Part shown: piece after piece, positions 13,546 through 27,390 of the stretch | Position numbering within the stretch: the stretch's first letter is position 1 | Layout: every line of letters begins with the position of its first letter | Source: Eledone cirrhosa | Taxonomy: Eukaryota | Reading direction: 5' to 3' | Assembly: GCA_964016885.1 (NCBI GenBank) | Contig: OZ024742.1 | Coordinates: 154,070,001-154,134,000 of the forward strand | Length of the DNA: 64,000 bases | Notes under the pieces: model-generated | What the model saw: the letters and a program-made list of their open reading frames with translations, nothing else | Told to the model about the DNA's origin: nothing | Databases searched by the model: none | Program-made: the position numbers and the translations under genes

Positions 13546-14816
13546 ATAAAAAAAATAATAATAAAATAAATCGTAGTGACACCTACTCTCTCTCGTAAAT
13601 CTCTATAATCTCTATAGTAATTTAATCATTTAATACAAAATAATAATTTATTTTTCTATTTACAAAATAATGATTTCTTACAGATAACAAAGACTGGACA
13701 TGTTTGGGGAAAGTAATGAGATTGATTCAGTTCATTCATTTCTGACTACAGGAATTATTTTTTTTAAATTGCTGACAAGTAAAATAGACAGCATTCACAA
13801 TTTCAATGTTATTTGAAATTGTTTAGATCCAGAGCTGCAGAACGTCTCGATCTCTTGTATTCAATTCGTACTTCACTGTTATTTCTCACCCGACAGTTTA
13901 TGTAGGTTTATATTATCAGAAAATAAGACGATACCATAACATCTTTTACAAATAATATTACTGCAGGAGGCCCTCTCATCTAACTTGCTAAATACCCCCA
14001 TGACACTACTCCCCTCTGTTACCTTTCAGCGAACGTATCACATCCACATTAACTCATAGACTGTTGAAATAGAGTTCAGTATTACAATATTACATAACAA
14101 CCTAATGATGACACTTACTATCAACCTTTTTACATATTCAGAGTTTAAGTATTGAAGAATTATTAGAGGAGGCATACATATTTTAAATATTTTATATATT
14201 TTATCTTAATTATTTGAAATGCGTGCAATATATAAGTAAAGTTAGAAAAGGCCATCTGCAAGCCCAAAAGTTGAATTAACCGATTCCTGACATTTCATTA
14301 TTATGCCATCTCCAATAGTAAATATCTTATTCAGTTGGGAGGTTTATAGGTTTTAGATAATAAACACGCAACTCATCCCACATATAAATTAAGACTGAGT
14401 GTTCAAACATTTCAGAATGACCTCTCTTGTTTCCGATATGAATCTCTCCTCTGTTTTAAAATCAAATATAGTGGTTAAAGGACTTCCGTTATCGAATTTT
14501 AATCCGTGAGCAAGATGAGGAACCAATATGGAAAATCTTCACTAAACAGTGGTGGCCATACCTGGACCCCAAAACCAAGGTCGCACATATATGTTCCGTG
14601 TATGAAAGTTTAATTACACTATATATATATATATATATATGAAGAGATATGTTAGTTTAACGGTGGGTAAAGTACAAATAGTACGAAATGTTCTTCATTA
14701 GAATATATACTGACAAATGGAAGCTAAAATATAAAGATAGAGACTCGGCTCGGTAGACGAGGAACGGAATAACATGTTCGTGAAAAGCGCGTGTTTCAGT
14801 CAGCCATTATATATAT

Positions 14817-14985
14817 AGTATCGGTAGATGGTCGGACGCCATGCTTTCCAGCATAGTCACGTCCCTTTACGATCTGAGTTCAAATCCCGCCGAGGTTGAC
14901 TTTGCCTTTCATCCTTACGGGGTCGATAAAATAAAGTACCAGTAATGCACTGGGTAATTGCTGGCCTTGTGCCTAAAGTAGAAAC

Positions 14986-14990
<5 letters not shown>
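14817..14990 (+). mobile_element. tRNA-derived SINE
   Basis: Same body as the other copies, B-box GAGTTCAAATCC, ends GTAGAAACAATTA. Confidence 0.85.
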
Positions 14991-15043
<53 letters not shown>

Positions 15044-15769
15044 TATATATAATATATATATAAACAGTACAGTTAGGATTTTTTCAGAAGTATGTAACAT
15101 AAAAAGAACGAAAAGTTTTAGGAAATAACGCAACGACTTAGGATTTATGGGAAAAGGAAAGAAAAGAAAAAAAATACCTGTTGTATCTATAGTCTCTAAT
15201 AAAGGCTGATACTCATTGTTGTCTGATATTTAGAAAGGGATGGATTATATTTTGAATATGACATAAGTTATTTATTTCAGATGAACTAAATATTTATGTT
15301 TTTTTCACTTAATTTTTTCCATATACACATTTAAATGTATACGTGTACCGTAATATCATTGAAGCATACCTTCTGTACTCTCTCCACGATGAACAATGTA
15401 CATTATGTTTGAGAGTAACTCAAGCTGGTTTCTTCTAAACACTCCTTTATCTGTACAAAAGATAATAACACCACTGAGCAATGCAAGCAACATACTCATT
15501 AAGCCGGCGTGGGTGGATTAAATATTGTTTGTGAGAACCATTTGAGTTTTCTCTTCTTTTAGCCTAGTTTTACGTGTGTGTATTTATATACTAGCTTTGA
15601 AGCGATTTGCATCATTATTCGAACTCTAATTTCAATAATAAGACATGCAGCAACGTCGAATCAACAGTTTTCTATTGTTTACACCACAGCGTTCCCTTTC
15701 CTGGAAAAACCAAGAAAAGCCCGAATAGATTCGTCTGGCTATTGTTGCACCATATCGTGTATCCATGTT

Positions 15770-15965
15770 TGATTTCCTATAAACATGATGCCGGTAATTC
15801 GGGGAAGTGAAATAGCAATTATATCGATCCAATATTTACCTATTACTTTATGTTATCGAACTCGGAAGGAGGAAAAGCAGATTTGATCTCGGCAAAATAT
15901 ATAGATCCAAAACAAATTCTGCTCCGCATTTATTCGAAACTCTGTCGACTCCTCGAATCAACCAA
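15770..15965 (-). mobile_element. Old diverged SINE copy
   Basis: Weak similarity (TACTTTATGTTATCGAACTCGGAAGGAGGAAAAGCA) to the reverse complement of the SINE body. Confidence 0.5.
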
Positions 15966-16814
15966 CTTCCTATAGGCGGAGGAAATAACATATGGCTTAT
16001 TTACGTAGAATGTAACAACATATGGCTTATTTACCTAGCGAATATACTTACTTATATAGTGCATGTTTACTGAATTCTCTGTATTTAACTATTTTCATTG
16101 TAAATTGTGCTCACAAATTCATAACATAATTAAAAAGTCATCGTAGTCTCAATATGATTTTGTTGTACAATCCCATGATCACAAACCATTGATGCACTCT
16201 GTAGGCTATATTTATGTATCATTCTAATGATACCAGGACACTAATTGATGTATTATGTAGGCTATATGTAGGCATGAAAATGATGTTACCAAATCACTGA
16301 TTGATGTACGATGTAGCCCATATTTACAATCTGCTGGTACCAAATGACTGGTTGATGTGCCATGCAAGCTATATGTATACATCTAAAATGTTCATGGGAA
16401 CATTGACATTATTTCTACTAGCAGAAAAACCACCATTCTGATGGTTTTCTGCTAGCATATATAGTGTGCATAGTGATATTACACGCAAGTATATATGCAT
16501 GAGGATATGATACATCAAATAAAATCGTAATTGACAATATAAACAGAAATTGAACGTTGACTGCGTTACAATGTCTTATGTAATCAGTAACGTAATCCAT
16601 GGTACATTATAAAAGACGATATTATATATAAACTGCATTAGGAGAGAATTAATGACGGAAATATATCAATGTTTATTTAAGCGATGTGTTGATATTTGAA
16701 AATTTTAAAGAAGTGAATCTTAAAATAAGCCACAACATTATTTATATTTAATCAAGTATAACGAAATTTAGTAGATAACGTTTGTAATATTCATTCATTA
16801 TTTATTCAAAGTAA

Positions 16815-17002
16815 CGGTGGTGGATTGGCAGTGTCGTTAGAGGGTTGGACGCCATGCTTTCTAGCATAGTTACGTCCCTTTACAGTCTGAGTTCAAATCC
16901 CACCGAGGTTAACTTTGCCTTTCATCCTTATGGGGTCGATACAATAAAGTACCAGTAATGTACTGGGTAATTGCTGGCCTTGTGCCAAAAGTAGAAGCAA
17001 TT
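16815..17002 (+). mobile_element. Full-length tRNA-derived SINE with target-site duplication
   Basis: A and B boxes present. TTTATTCAAAGTAA is repeated on both sides (16801-16814 and about 17004-17017). Confidence 0.9.
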
Positions 17003-17907
17003 GTTTATTCAAAGTAATCCAACTTAATTTACAAACGGGATAAACAAATATATTCTGGAAGCAGTCCTGCACTCCTTACTTTATTATAGTTTGGATAAAT
17101 TTTCGTTCAATATATTGTAGAAAATGCTAACGTTGATGCACATATTATTGAAGACATACTTGACCTATATTTACTCAATGAACAAAACCTATGATATGAA
17201 AAGTTTGAACTGTAATTTACAAATAATCAAACGTACAAAATTATATAGGGCACTATAAATTAGGACATATTCCTCATTACGAAATACACCAAACAGATTA
17301 TTATTTGTTTCACAAGAAATATTGAAGTTGACATATATCCTGTAAGCTGACGTTTAGTTTAGCTGTTAGCGAAAAAATATGTTCTGATCTAAAGGACTTT
17401 TTAAGAATATCTAGAAATGGAGTATATTTTTTATAGTTTTATTCTTCTATAAAGTCACCTTTAACTAAGGTTACTAACGAACGGTGACAGATCTGAATTG
17501 AGTATATAGTTTGAGTAAAATAGTTTTACAAGAATCGACATAGAATGATAAACGGTATTAAAATTGAATATATGTTAAATGTTTTACGTATTTTTAATTT
17601 TATTTAATGAGAAGTATAGTATGTTTCAAATATGAGAAATTATAAATAAAATATTGACAGAAAGTATATAGAGAATTAATTAAACAACATGACTCGATGA
17701 CTAGTTTCAAAATAAAGTTTTTGTCAATAAAATATAAAAATGTTTGTGATTTCTTTTAAACGTCACGGACCTGGTCATAAAAACAACGGTATGAACTCCT
17801 CTGACAATAACACGAGTTAATTTCTTATAAATGTTAAGATGAAGATATATATACAGAATATAAACCTGGACATGAAATTGACGATATAACTGTTTAGTTG
17901 CTTCATT

Positions 17908-17984
<77 letters not shown>

Positions 17985-18503
17985 GGGAGAGGGGGCGTGT
18001 GTCTGCATATGAATATTGGAAGTGGGCATAAAACTGCAATCTTATAATTCGGTGCCTATATAACATTCTAATGGCAGCAATTTCTCACGAAATTTAGTTC
18101 ATTATATGGACATGCCATTCTCCTACACGTTGATCTTATTCAAGTGCAGGAAGACTGTTTAATTACTGCTGTAATTTCATTATTTAAATTGGAATTAAAT
18201 TTGACACTATGTATAGTCATATTTAAAAGAATATAAACAAAAGAAGCTACAGTATTACTCTGATTAAACTTTTGCAGTTTATTTTATTTGATTAATAGAA
18301 ATACAACTCAACTGAGGTTTTCATTTCTTTCATTAGACATTCTAGTAATTATTAATTTGTTTTTAATGATGAGTCATGGGAACTGATTAAGTATTCCTTA
18401 AAGTAAAACCATTAAATACCTCTATGTTGCTTAAGCTGATACCACAAATGAATGAACAAAATGTACTGTTGCAAGTTCTGTCATTATTGCATTCTCTCAC
18501 TCA

Positions 18504-18541
<38 letters not shown>

Positions 18542-18543
18542 AT

Positions 18544-18604
<61 letters not shown>

Positions 18605-18756
18605 TAGTCACAAAGCAGGCTTTGTTTGGAAACAACTAGTGAATTTAAATTGTAGGTAGTATGTGCTTACGCCGTATTTGACTAAATTAAATTAATCTGA
18701 TAGTTCGGATTTTAAAAAAAAAGACCTCTGAATGGAATATATATATATATATGTGT

Positions 18757-18792
<36 letters not shown>

Positions 18793-18845
18793 GAAAAATA
18801 AGTAAGTCAAACATGTAAAATCTGGCTTCATCTATTATAACTACT

Positions 18846-18898
18846 CTGCTACATATATTTCGGTGACAGCTATTATTGTCTGTGACCTCTTCAGGCAG
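18846..18898 (-). ncRNA. Type I hammerhead ribozyme (solo)
   Basis: Minus strand CTGC-CTGAAGA-GGT(CACAG..CTGTC)ACC-GAAA-TATAT-GTA-GCAG. Confidence 0.7.
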
Positions 18899-18959
18899 TA
18901 CGAATTAATGTGGAAAAGACAGGTAAACATATTGTTGAAATAAGTTCCACTCTGTGAAT

Positions 18960-20545
18960 TCATCGATATGTCCAGTTCCTGGGTGTGTTGTTAGTACTCC
19001 GAGGAACTGGATTCATATATGATTCCAGTTCCTCGGAGGACTAACAACACAGGTGACAAGGTGTCGATATGTTTCTTGAAAACAACCACGTTCACACCAT
19101 GTAGATCACTCAGATCCCTCGGCAGCTTGTTTAAGAGTTGATAGCCCTTGAACCCCAGGCTATTGCAATATATGCTCCTTATTCTAGATCTGGAAGACGG
19201 GACCTTTGGCACCACACAGAGTCGTCCTGTTCGGGGGTAGGTTCAGCCCCTAAAGCCAAAGTTTGGTGCTAGTCCCTCCAGGATTTTCCACACGTAGATC
19301 ACTGCGTATCTCTCCCGTCTTCGTTCCAAGAAGTAGTGGTTCACTTCTTTTAGCCTCTCCCAGTAGCTTATCTCCTTCATCGTTGCAATTCTGTTGCTGT
19401 AGCTTCGCTGGATTGCCTCAAAGCCCGTGGTTAGTTTGACAGTATGGGGTGACCACAACTGGGATCAATACTCCCGGCGGATTAGGACAAATGTACTCCA
19501 TAGTGTCAACATGGTATCTCGGTCTCTTGTCCGGAAAGTCCTCAATATCCAGCCAGCGAGTGCTCTGTACATGTCGCCACTTTCATGATGTATAATGAAA
19601 CATGCAGCGACGCTCATGTCTATACCCAGGTCACGTACCGATTTCGACACGGGAATGTCGGTCCCTCCTGTTCCAGTGTAACCGTGTTGTCCTACATTTG
19701 TGTTTGCAGGTTTGTATTGTAGGGCTTGACATTTGCCAGCATTAAACTTCATGTTTTAGTATTCCGCCAATTTGTATATCGCATCCAGATCTTGTTATAC
19801 AAGGGCAGCGTCAGCCGGGTTTTTGATTGCCTGTGCTACCTTAGTGTCATCAGCATAGCTAGTGAGAAATCTTGTATGTACTACAGAGGGCATGTGTGAG
19901 AGAGCCACCAAAAGCATTAGTGGTCCCAGGACTGTGCCATGGGGTACGCCAGTTGTTATTGATGTTTACTTTGAGAGGGCCCCGTTTGCTGCGACTGTCT
20001 GGCTTCTGCCCTTTAAGAAGTCACGCAGCCACTCATCTGCTTTGCAGTTATGCCGAGTCTGTGTAGTTTGTGACATATCATTCCGCGGGTCGACCTTGTC
20101 AAAGGCCTTCGCAAAGTCAAGATATATCTCGTCCACATGTGAGCTGTCTAGCAGTTGTTTCAGTACCCAGTCGTAGTGATGTAGCAGCTGTGTAAGGCAG
20201 CGTCTTCCTGGGCAAAATCCATGTTGTGTGCTAGACAGGCGGTCATTTTCCTCGCGGAAAGTGATCAGTTACTTTCTGATGATTCGCTCCGTGACCTTAC
20301 TGATATGTGACGACAGGGCACTGGCCTATAGTTTTTGGCCTCCGCTCTGCTACCTCCTTTAAGGATAGGGCATAGTGTGCCTTCTTTCAGCTCCCTGGGT
20401 AGTCTACCGCTAGTCTAGGAGCTTCTGAAGAGTGTCGTCAGTGGTGTTGCTAAGGCCCGCTTACATGTTTTTAAGAGGACTGCTGGGAATCCATCAGGAC
20501 CAGCAGCTGAGTCTGTTCTAATTTCATCTATGGCGCCTCATCTAC
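18960..20545 (-). mobile_element. CR1/L2-group LINE RT fragment, 5'-truncated and decayed
   Basis: Minus strand YLDFAKAFDKVD, GVPHGTVLGPL, SYADDTKV, MKFNAGKC, VRDLGI, WSPH and YWERLKE..LERRRER. Confidence 0.85.
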
Positions 20546-20548
20546 TTT

Positions 20549-20609
<61 letters not shown>

Positions 20610-20907
20610 GTTCAAGAAAACCAATCTTAAAGAGGGAGATGGAGATAGGAGAGGAGAGATATGAGAGGAGAGATTGGTGAATTAGTTAGAAACCAAAGCG
20701 TAAAGGCATGTGCTCAATGTGCAATATGCAGTAGAAAGCAGCTAGGTGGTTGGGTTCATGAAGAAGTTAGGTGCGCAGAGCTGGAAATATTCACTAGTTT
20801 AGCAAAACAAGACCACCAATTTCACAAGGAAGACATTATTAGTGTCAACATATTTTATTTTGATGTAACGAATGTTGAGAATAATAATGATAATATTAAT
20901 AATAATA

Positions 20908-21095
20908 ATTGTTTCGACTTTAGGCACAAGGCCAGCAATTACCCAGTGCATTACTGGTACTTTATTTTATCGACTCCGTAAGGATGAAAGGCAAAGTCAA
21001 CCTCGTAGGGATTTGAACTCAGATCGTAAAGGGACGTAACTATGTTGGAAAGCATGGCGTCCGACCCTCTACCGATACTGCCAATCCACCACCCT
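20908..21095 (-). mobile_element. tRNA-derived SINE inside the PLE left-arm 3' region
   Basis: Full SINE reverse complement within (TAA)n. Confidence 0.9.
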
Positions 21096-21115
21096 TATTA
21101 ATAATAATAATGTCC

Positions 21116-21235
21116 GTTTACAATTGTTTCGCTACTCCATATGATATTTCTGGATCAGATGACTATATATCATAATTGATCTGGTTCAGTTGAAAATAAT
21201 TAACATATTTAAAAGCCAGAGCGGCTCATCGGAAC
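21116..21235 (-). ncRNA. PLE 3' hammerhead variant (CCGAUGA core, long stem II)
   Basis: Mirror of 26867-26986. Confidence 0.55.
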
Positions 21236-24147
21236 TTCAAAGGAATATAAATTAAATTAATGAGAGAATGTTACATAATATAATGTTCCATATATTGTTT
21301 TTTACTATGGTGTCTTGGTTGCATCAGTTGTCAGCCATAATCAAGCAGTTGTAATCTGTCGAGGCTGCATTGTGTGAGATATGGCTATGGGTAACAAGAT
21401 GGTTGCCAAATGGCATATTTACCTTAAAAATTAGAGGGTGGTTTCAGGGGAAGTAACTCCTCGAGAGATTAGAAATTGTGGGTGTTTATAGTTAAGTGCT
21501 AATTTTTAAATTTCTTTAATTGAGAGACAATGTAGGGGAGGTAACTTATAATTATCGAGTTGTTCATAGCAATTTAAGTTATTAGCTACAAGTAAAAATG
21601 GGGCTACATGATTAAGTTGGGTCAAAAATTCTATTGGCGAAGGAATTAGCCCTTCGATGTTGACAGCTAATGGTTACCTCCGTTCTAACGTTAATCGGTA
21701 GAGGTCGAGATAGAGTTATGTAATATGCTTCCGTGATACAGAGATCACAAGATTTCCTTCGTCCATTGAACGGTTGGGCCCTAGCCACGATATCGCATTT
21801 TAGTGAGTGTTGAACGTTGTTTAATTTAAGGTTTTTAATGAGCCTGGCTAGCGATGTCGAACATCTGTTGCTAGGGTCTCGGAAGGAAAAAGAGTGCGCG
21901 TTATAGCGTACCTTAAAAGGGTTAGAGGTAGACCAGATATAAGAGCTGGTATTCGAAGCAGACTTAACTGTGCACCTGTAGACTATGTTGGGTGTCAGGC
22001 AGTGTCCATTTAATGGGCATGCATTGGGGGTAACGGCAGTTGCAGTTGCTTCTGCGGTTAGTGAGAGTAGGGTTATTTAACCTAAGCGGTAGGTCCGTGC
22101 TAGAAGGATTAGATGGAGGAGGTGTGCTACTAGAGTAATTATTGGTGTAGTGGCGTGGTGTATTTGATAGTGGTGGTGGTACCGCGGCGTGGGAGTTATA
22201 CTGTCTTAGCTTACGATGGTTACTGTATGCGATGTGGCTAGCTAGGTTAGGTGTTGTTGAGAATGAGATTTAAATGTTATTTTTATTAAAGAGTTTGTCA
22301 TATCTATGGTTTGGGGGGAGATGTTTAGTTAGGATAGAGAAGAAGCTTTTGGGGATATTAGTAGCTAGATTAGATCAGAATAGGGGGGGGGGGGGTTAAG
22401 TCAGGTGATATTTCTAGGTCTATACCTTCTAGGGGTTCGAGTGGAGTTGGTAGGGGCCTTTCTAGGGTTATTATTACCTGGGGATTTGTTATTTGTCATC
22501 CCATTTCTCATTCCTATTCTAGGGTTGATTTTTTGTTTCCTACTTGGAGTGTGGAGCAAGGCGCTGCCACCATTAAAGTTCCCTGAATAGGTGCTGTTAC
22601 TGCTAAAATTCCGGCGAATCTGGCTATATGCTAAGGTATTTCTAGTTCTAGTGTTAAGTTTATTATGGTGATTTGCTGTTTTATGGCATTTAGCTATGTA
22701 ATAAATTCATTATTCATAACCAGATTCAGAGAGAGCCTTATAATAATATTGTGCGTGGTTTATAAATATCTCCTCATTTGCTGATAGCATTGAGATCCTA
22801 TAGGAGATAGATTTGATTACTGCTCTGATGACTGCCGGTGGGTGGTTAGAGTGTGGGCTAATATAGGTGAGTATTTCACCTGGTTTGTGGTGAGGGTAAT
22901 ATAGATTATTGTTAAGATCCAGGGGGACGTCTAGGATGTTTACTACTTTATGGTTCGGCTCGATGGTGATAGAGAGACGGTTATCTTTAAAGAATCTATG
23001 TAATTGTTTCTTTAGCAAATCGATTCCTCGATTAGTGCAATTGTGGACTGCAAATAGGGCGTCGTCCCTGTAAAGTCCGCCTTACAAAATAGGATTTTGG
23101 CTCTGATGTTACGTAATAGATAATCCCAACTAAATCGGTGACTTGCGCGGAGTCACTTGAGCCCATCGTTTTGTCAAAGTTGTCTGTTCTATCTTTTCTA
23201 GTCCAGAGTGCTCCGTTGAATTCAATGATAGTCTGCCTAGCCAAAGTATGATGTTAATCTCATTATTGGTTATGTCCGAGTTGGTGGGGGCTAGGGCTAA
23301 TGATTTGTTGAGCAGTTCCGGGGTTATTGACGCGTAATAGCCATCATGTCAAATTGGATGAACCTCATAGATTGCTTGGACCTTAGATCGGAGAACCATC
23401 TAATGACCTGGCCGGTGTTGGACCACAACTTGTAGTTGGTATCATCCCGTAGCCCAGGGATTATTCTATCAAGGATGTTCTTAATGATGCGGCCCAGGTG
23501 AGATTTGGTTTGGCTTATGTGTCTAATAGATGGGTTCTCTATAAAGTTTGGCATGTGATCCTTGAGAGAGAACCGTGGGGTTGTTGGTACATAAGGGTGG
23601 GTAAATCTATCCAGATGCAAGTCCTTAACCAAAGCCTGGGCTTTTCGGTTAAGTACGTTTACACTGGAGGGTATATTTTTTTTATAGTTTTTATTGAGTT
23701 CTTTAAGAAGGAAAGAGTTGTAAGTTTCAGGAGTCATGCTGTATAGATTTTTAGTTTTGTCAGACATAAATTGTAAGAGGTGGCTCTCTTTAAATTTGTT
23801 CATAGTTGTTGCTAATTTAGTGAGGAAGTTATTCTTGTGTCTATAATGCTTTTTGAATTTAATGCTCCTGACGAAGTTGAATAGATCTTCATCAAAAGGG
23901 TCCAGCAGGATGTTGTGTCGGGGGTTCTTGCACGTGGTAAATCCATATCTATATGCCGTACTTCCGGCGTCAACAGCAACCGCACGGTCAAGATGGTACG
24001 CTTTCCATCTTATTCTTCGGATGAAGGAGTTGACACTCTGTATTAGGAGTTTGAGGTATGTCTTCCTGTCCGGGATAGGTATGGACTTAAGTGAGATTCT
24101 GAGTTCCTGCTTGCTCAAATATATATGGATTTACCACCTGCAAGTAA

Positions 24148-24178
<31 letters not shown>

Positions 24179-26866
24179 ACAACATCCTGCTGGACCCTTT
24201 TGAGAAATATCTATTCAACTTCGTCAGGAGCATTAAATTCAAAAAGCATTATAGACACAAGAATAACTTCCTCACTAAATTAGCGACAACTATAAAAACA
24301 TTTAAAGATAGCCACCTCTTACATGTTATGTCTGACAAAACTAAAAAATCTATGCAGCATGACTCATGAAACTTACAACTCTTTCCTTCTTAAAGAACTC
24401 AATAAAAACTATAAAAAAAACTATACCCTCCAGTGTAAACGTACTTAACCGAAAAGCCCAGGCTTTGGTTAAGGACTTGCATCTGGATAGATTTACCCAC
24501 CCTTATGTACCAACAACCCCAAGGTTCTCTCTCAAGGAACACATGCCAAACTATATAGAGAACCCCTCTATTAGACTCATAAGCCCAACCACATCTGACC
24601 TGGGCCGCATCATTAAGAACATCCTTGATAGGATAATCCCTGGGCTACGGGATGATACCACCTACAAGTTGTGGTACAACACCGGCAAAGTCATTAGATG
24701 GTTCTCCGATCTAAGATCCAAGTAATCTATGAGGTTCATCTCATTTGACATAGACGGCTATTACGCGTCAATAACCGCTAACTGCTCAACAAAGCATTAG
24801 ACCTAGCCACCACCAACTCCGACATAACCAATAATGAGATTAACATCATACTTATGGCTAGGCAGACTATCATTGAATTCAACGGAGCACTCTGGACTAG
24901 AACAGATAGAACAGACAACTTTGACATTACGATGGGCTCAAGTGACTCCGCGCAAATCACCGATTTAGTTGGGATTTGCCTATTACGTAACATCAGAGCT
25001 GAAATCCACCCTTGCAAGGCGGAATATACAGTGACGACGCCCTATTTGCAGTCCACAATTGCACTAATCGGGGAATCGATTTGCTAAAGAAACATTTACA
25101 TAGATTCTTTAAAAATTACGGTCTCTCTATCACCATCGAGCCGAACCATAACGTGGTAAACTTCCTAGACGTCACCCTGGATCACAAAAATAACCTATAT
25201 TACCCTTACCACAAACCATGTGAAATACTCACATATATTAGCCCACACTCTAACCACCCACCGGCAGTCATCAGAGCAGTAATCAAATCTATTTCCTATA
25301 GGATCTCAATGCTATCAGCAAATGAGGAGATATTTATAAACCACGCACAATATTTGAATAAGGCTTTCTCTGAATATGGTTATGAACAATCACTTTATTA
25401 CATATCTAAATGCCATAACACAGCAATTCACCATAATAAACTTAACACTAGAACTAGAAATACCTTAGCATATAGCCAGATTCGCCGGAATTTTAGCAGT
25501 AACAGCACCTATACAGGGAACTTTAATGGTGGCAGCGGCCTGCTCCCCACTCCAAGTAGCAAACTAAAAATCAACCCTAGAATAGGAATGAGAAATGGGA
25601 TGACAAATAACAAATCCCCAGGTAACAATAACCCTAGCAAGGCCCCTACCAACTCCACTAGAACCCCGAGAAGGAATAGACCTAGAAATATCACCTGGCT
25701 TAACCACCCATTCTCATCTAATCTAGCTACTAATATCCCAAAACGCTTCTTCTCTATCCTAACAAAACATCTCCCCCCCCCAAAAAAGAAACCCCATAGA
25801 TATTACAAACTTTTTAATAAAAATAACATTAACATATCATTCTCCACAACACCTAACCTAGCTAGCCACATCGCATTCAGTAATCATCATAAGCTGAGAC
25901 AGTATAACTGCCACACCGCGGACACCACCACCCCTATCAAATACACCACGCCACTACACCAATAATTACTCTAGTAGCACACCTCCCCCATCTAATCCTT
26001 CTAGCACGGACCTACCGCTTAGGTTAAACAACCTACTCTCACTAACCCCAGAAGCAACTGCAACTGCCGTTACCCTAATGCATGCCCATTAAATGGGCAC
26101 TGCCTGACACCCAACATAGTCTATAGGTGCGCGTTTAAGACTGCTTCGAATACCAGCTCTTATATCTGGTCTACCTCTAACCCTTTTAAGGTACGCTATA
26201 ACGCGAACTCTTTTTCCTTCCGAGACCCTAGCAACAGATGTTCGACATCGTTAGCCAGGCTCATTAAAAACCTTAAATTAAACAACGTTCAACACTCATT
26301 AAAATGGGATATCGTGGCTAGGGCCCAACCGTTCAATGGACGAAGGAAATCTTGTGATCTCTGTATTACGGAATCATATTACATAACTCTATCACGACCT
26401 CTACCGATTAACGTTAGAACGGAGGTAACTATTAGCTTTCAACATCGAAGGGCTAATTCCTTCGCCAATAGAATTGTTGACCCAAATTAGTCATGTAACC
26501 ACATTTTTACATGTAGCTAATAAGTTAAATTGCTATGAACAACTCGATAATTATAAGATACCTCCCCTATATTGTCTCGCAATTAAAACAATTTAAATAT
26601 TAGCACTTAACTATAAACACCCACAATTTCTAATCTCTCGAGGAGTTACTTCCCCTGAAACCACCCTCTAATTTTTAAGGTAAATATGCCCTTTGGCAGC
26701 CATCTTGTTACCAATAGGCAGATCTCACACAATGCGTCCACGACAGATGAATACTGCTTGATTATGGCTGACAACTGATGCAACCAAGACACAATAGTAA
26801 AAACCAATATATGGAACATTATATTATGTAACATTCTCTCATTATTTTAATTTATATTCCTTTGAA

Positions 26867-26986
26867 GTTCCGATGAGCCGCTCCGTCTTTTAAATATGTT
26901 AATTATTTTCAACTGAACCAGATCAATTATGAAATATAGTCATCTGATCCATAAATATTATATGGAGTAGCGAAACAATTGTAAAC
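26867..26986 (+). ncRNA. PLE 3' hammerhead variant (CCGAUGA core, long stem II, palindromic stem III)
   Basis: GTT-CCGATGA-GCCGCTCC...GGAGTAGC-GAAA-CAATTG-TA-AAC. Confidence 0.55.
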
Positions 26987-27012
26987 AGACATTATTATTA
27001 TTATTAATATTA

Positions 27013-27200
27013 AGGGCGGTGGATTGGCAGTATCGGTAGAGGGGCGGACGCCATGCTTTCCAGCATAGTTACGTCCCTTTACGATCTGAGTTCAAATCCC
27101 GCCGAGGTTGACTTTGCCTTTCATCCTTACGGGGTCGATGAAATAAAGTACCAGTAACGCACCGGGTAATTGCTGGCCGTGTGCCTAAAGTAGAAACAAT
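27013..27200 (+). mobile_element. tRNA-derived SINE inside the PLE right-arm 3' region
   Basis: Full SINE at the position homologous to 20908-21095. Confidence 0.9.
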
Positions 27201-27319
27201 TATTATTATTAATATTATTATAATTATTCTCTACATTCCTTACATCAAACTAAAATATGTTGACAATCTTTTAATAATGTCTTCCTTGTGAAATTTGTGG
27301 TCTTGTTTTGCTTAACAAA

Positions 27320-27390
<71 letters not shown>

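Larger units (their letters stand above)
20790..24118 (-). mobile_element. Penelope-like element, left arm (RT plus GIY-YIG, Cys-rich linker; Naiad/Neptune-like), decayed
   Basis: SLKSIPIP..RRIRWKAY N-terminus, FIQFD, MGSSDSAQVTDLVG, GLYRDD (frameshifted), HSNHPP and the CNCR..CPLNGHC linker before the endonuclease. Confidence 0.9.
24181..27325 (+). mobile_element. Penelope-like element, right (inverted) arm, 5'-truncated and decayed
   Basis: ORFs 24366-24725, 24854-25087 and 25012-25965. The endonuclease reads CNCRYPNACPLNGHC..IVY..YIWST..FKVRY..CDLCITE..* and ends at 26490. Confidence 0.9.

Noticed and set aside
16815-16905. tRNA genes
   Set aside because: The A/B boxes belong to SINE heads followed by a conserved body and TSDs, and no full cloverleaf is evident.
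17690-17840. GAAACTAGTC on the minus strand resembling an HHR 3' half
   Set aside because: No matching core or stem I partner was found upstream.
26050-26490. Selenocysteine-recoding PLE (UGA at Cys positions, as reported for some Naiad elements)
   Set aside because: Manual translation shows TGC/TGT at the CNC, CPL..C and CDLC positions, with no in-frame TGA there.
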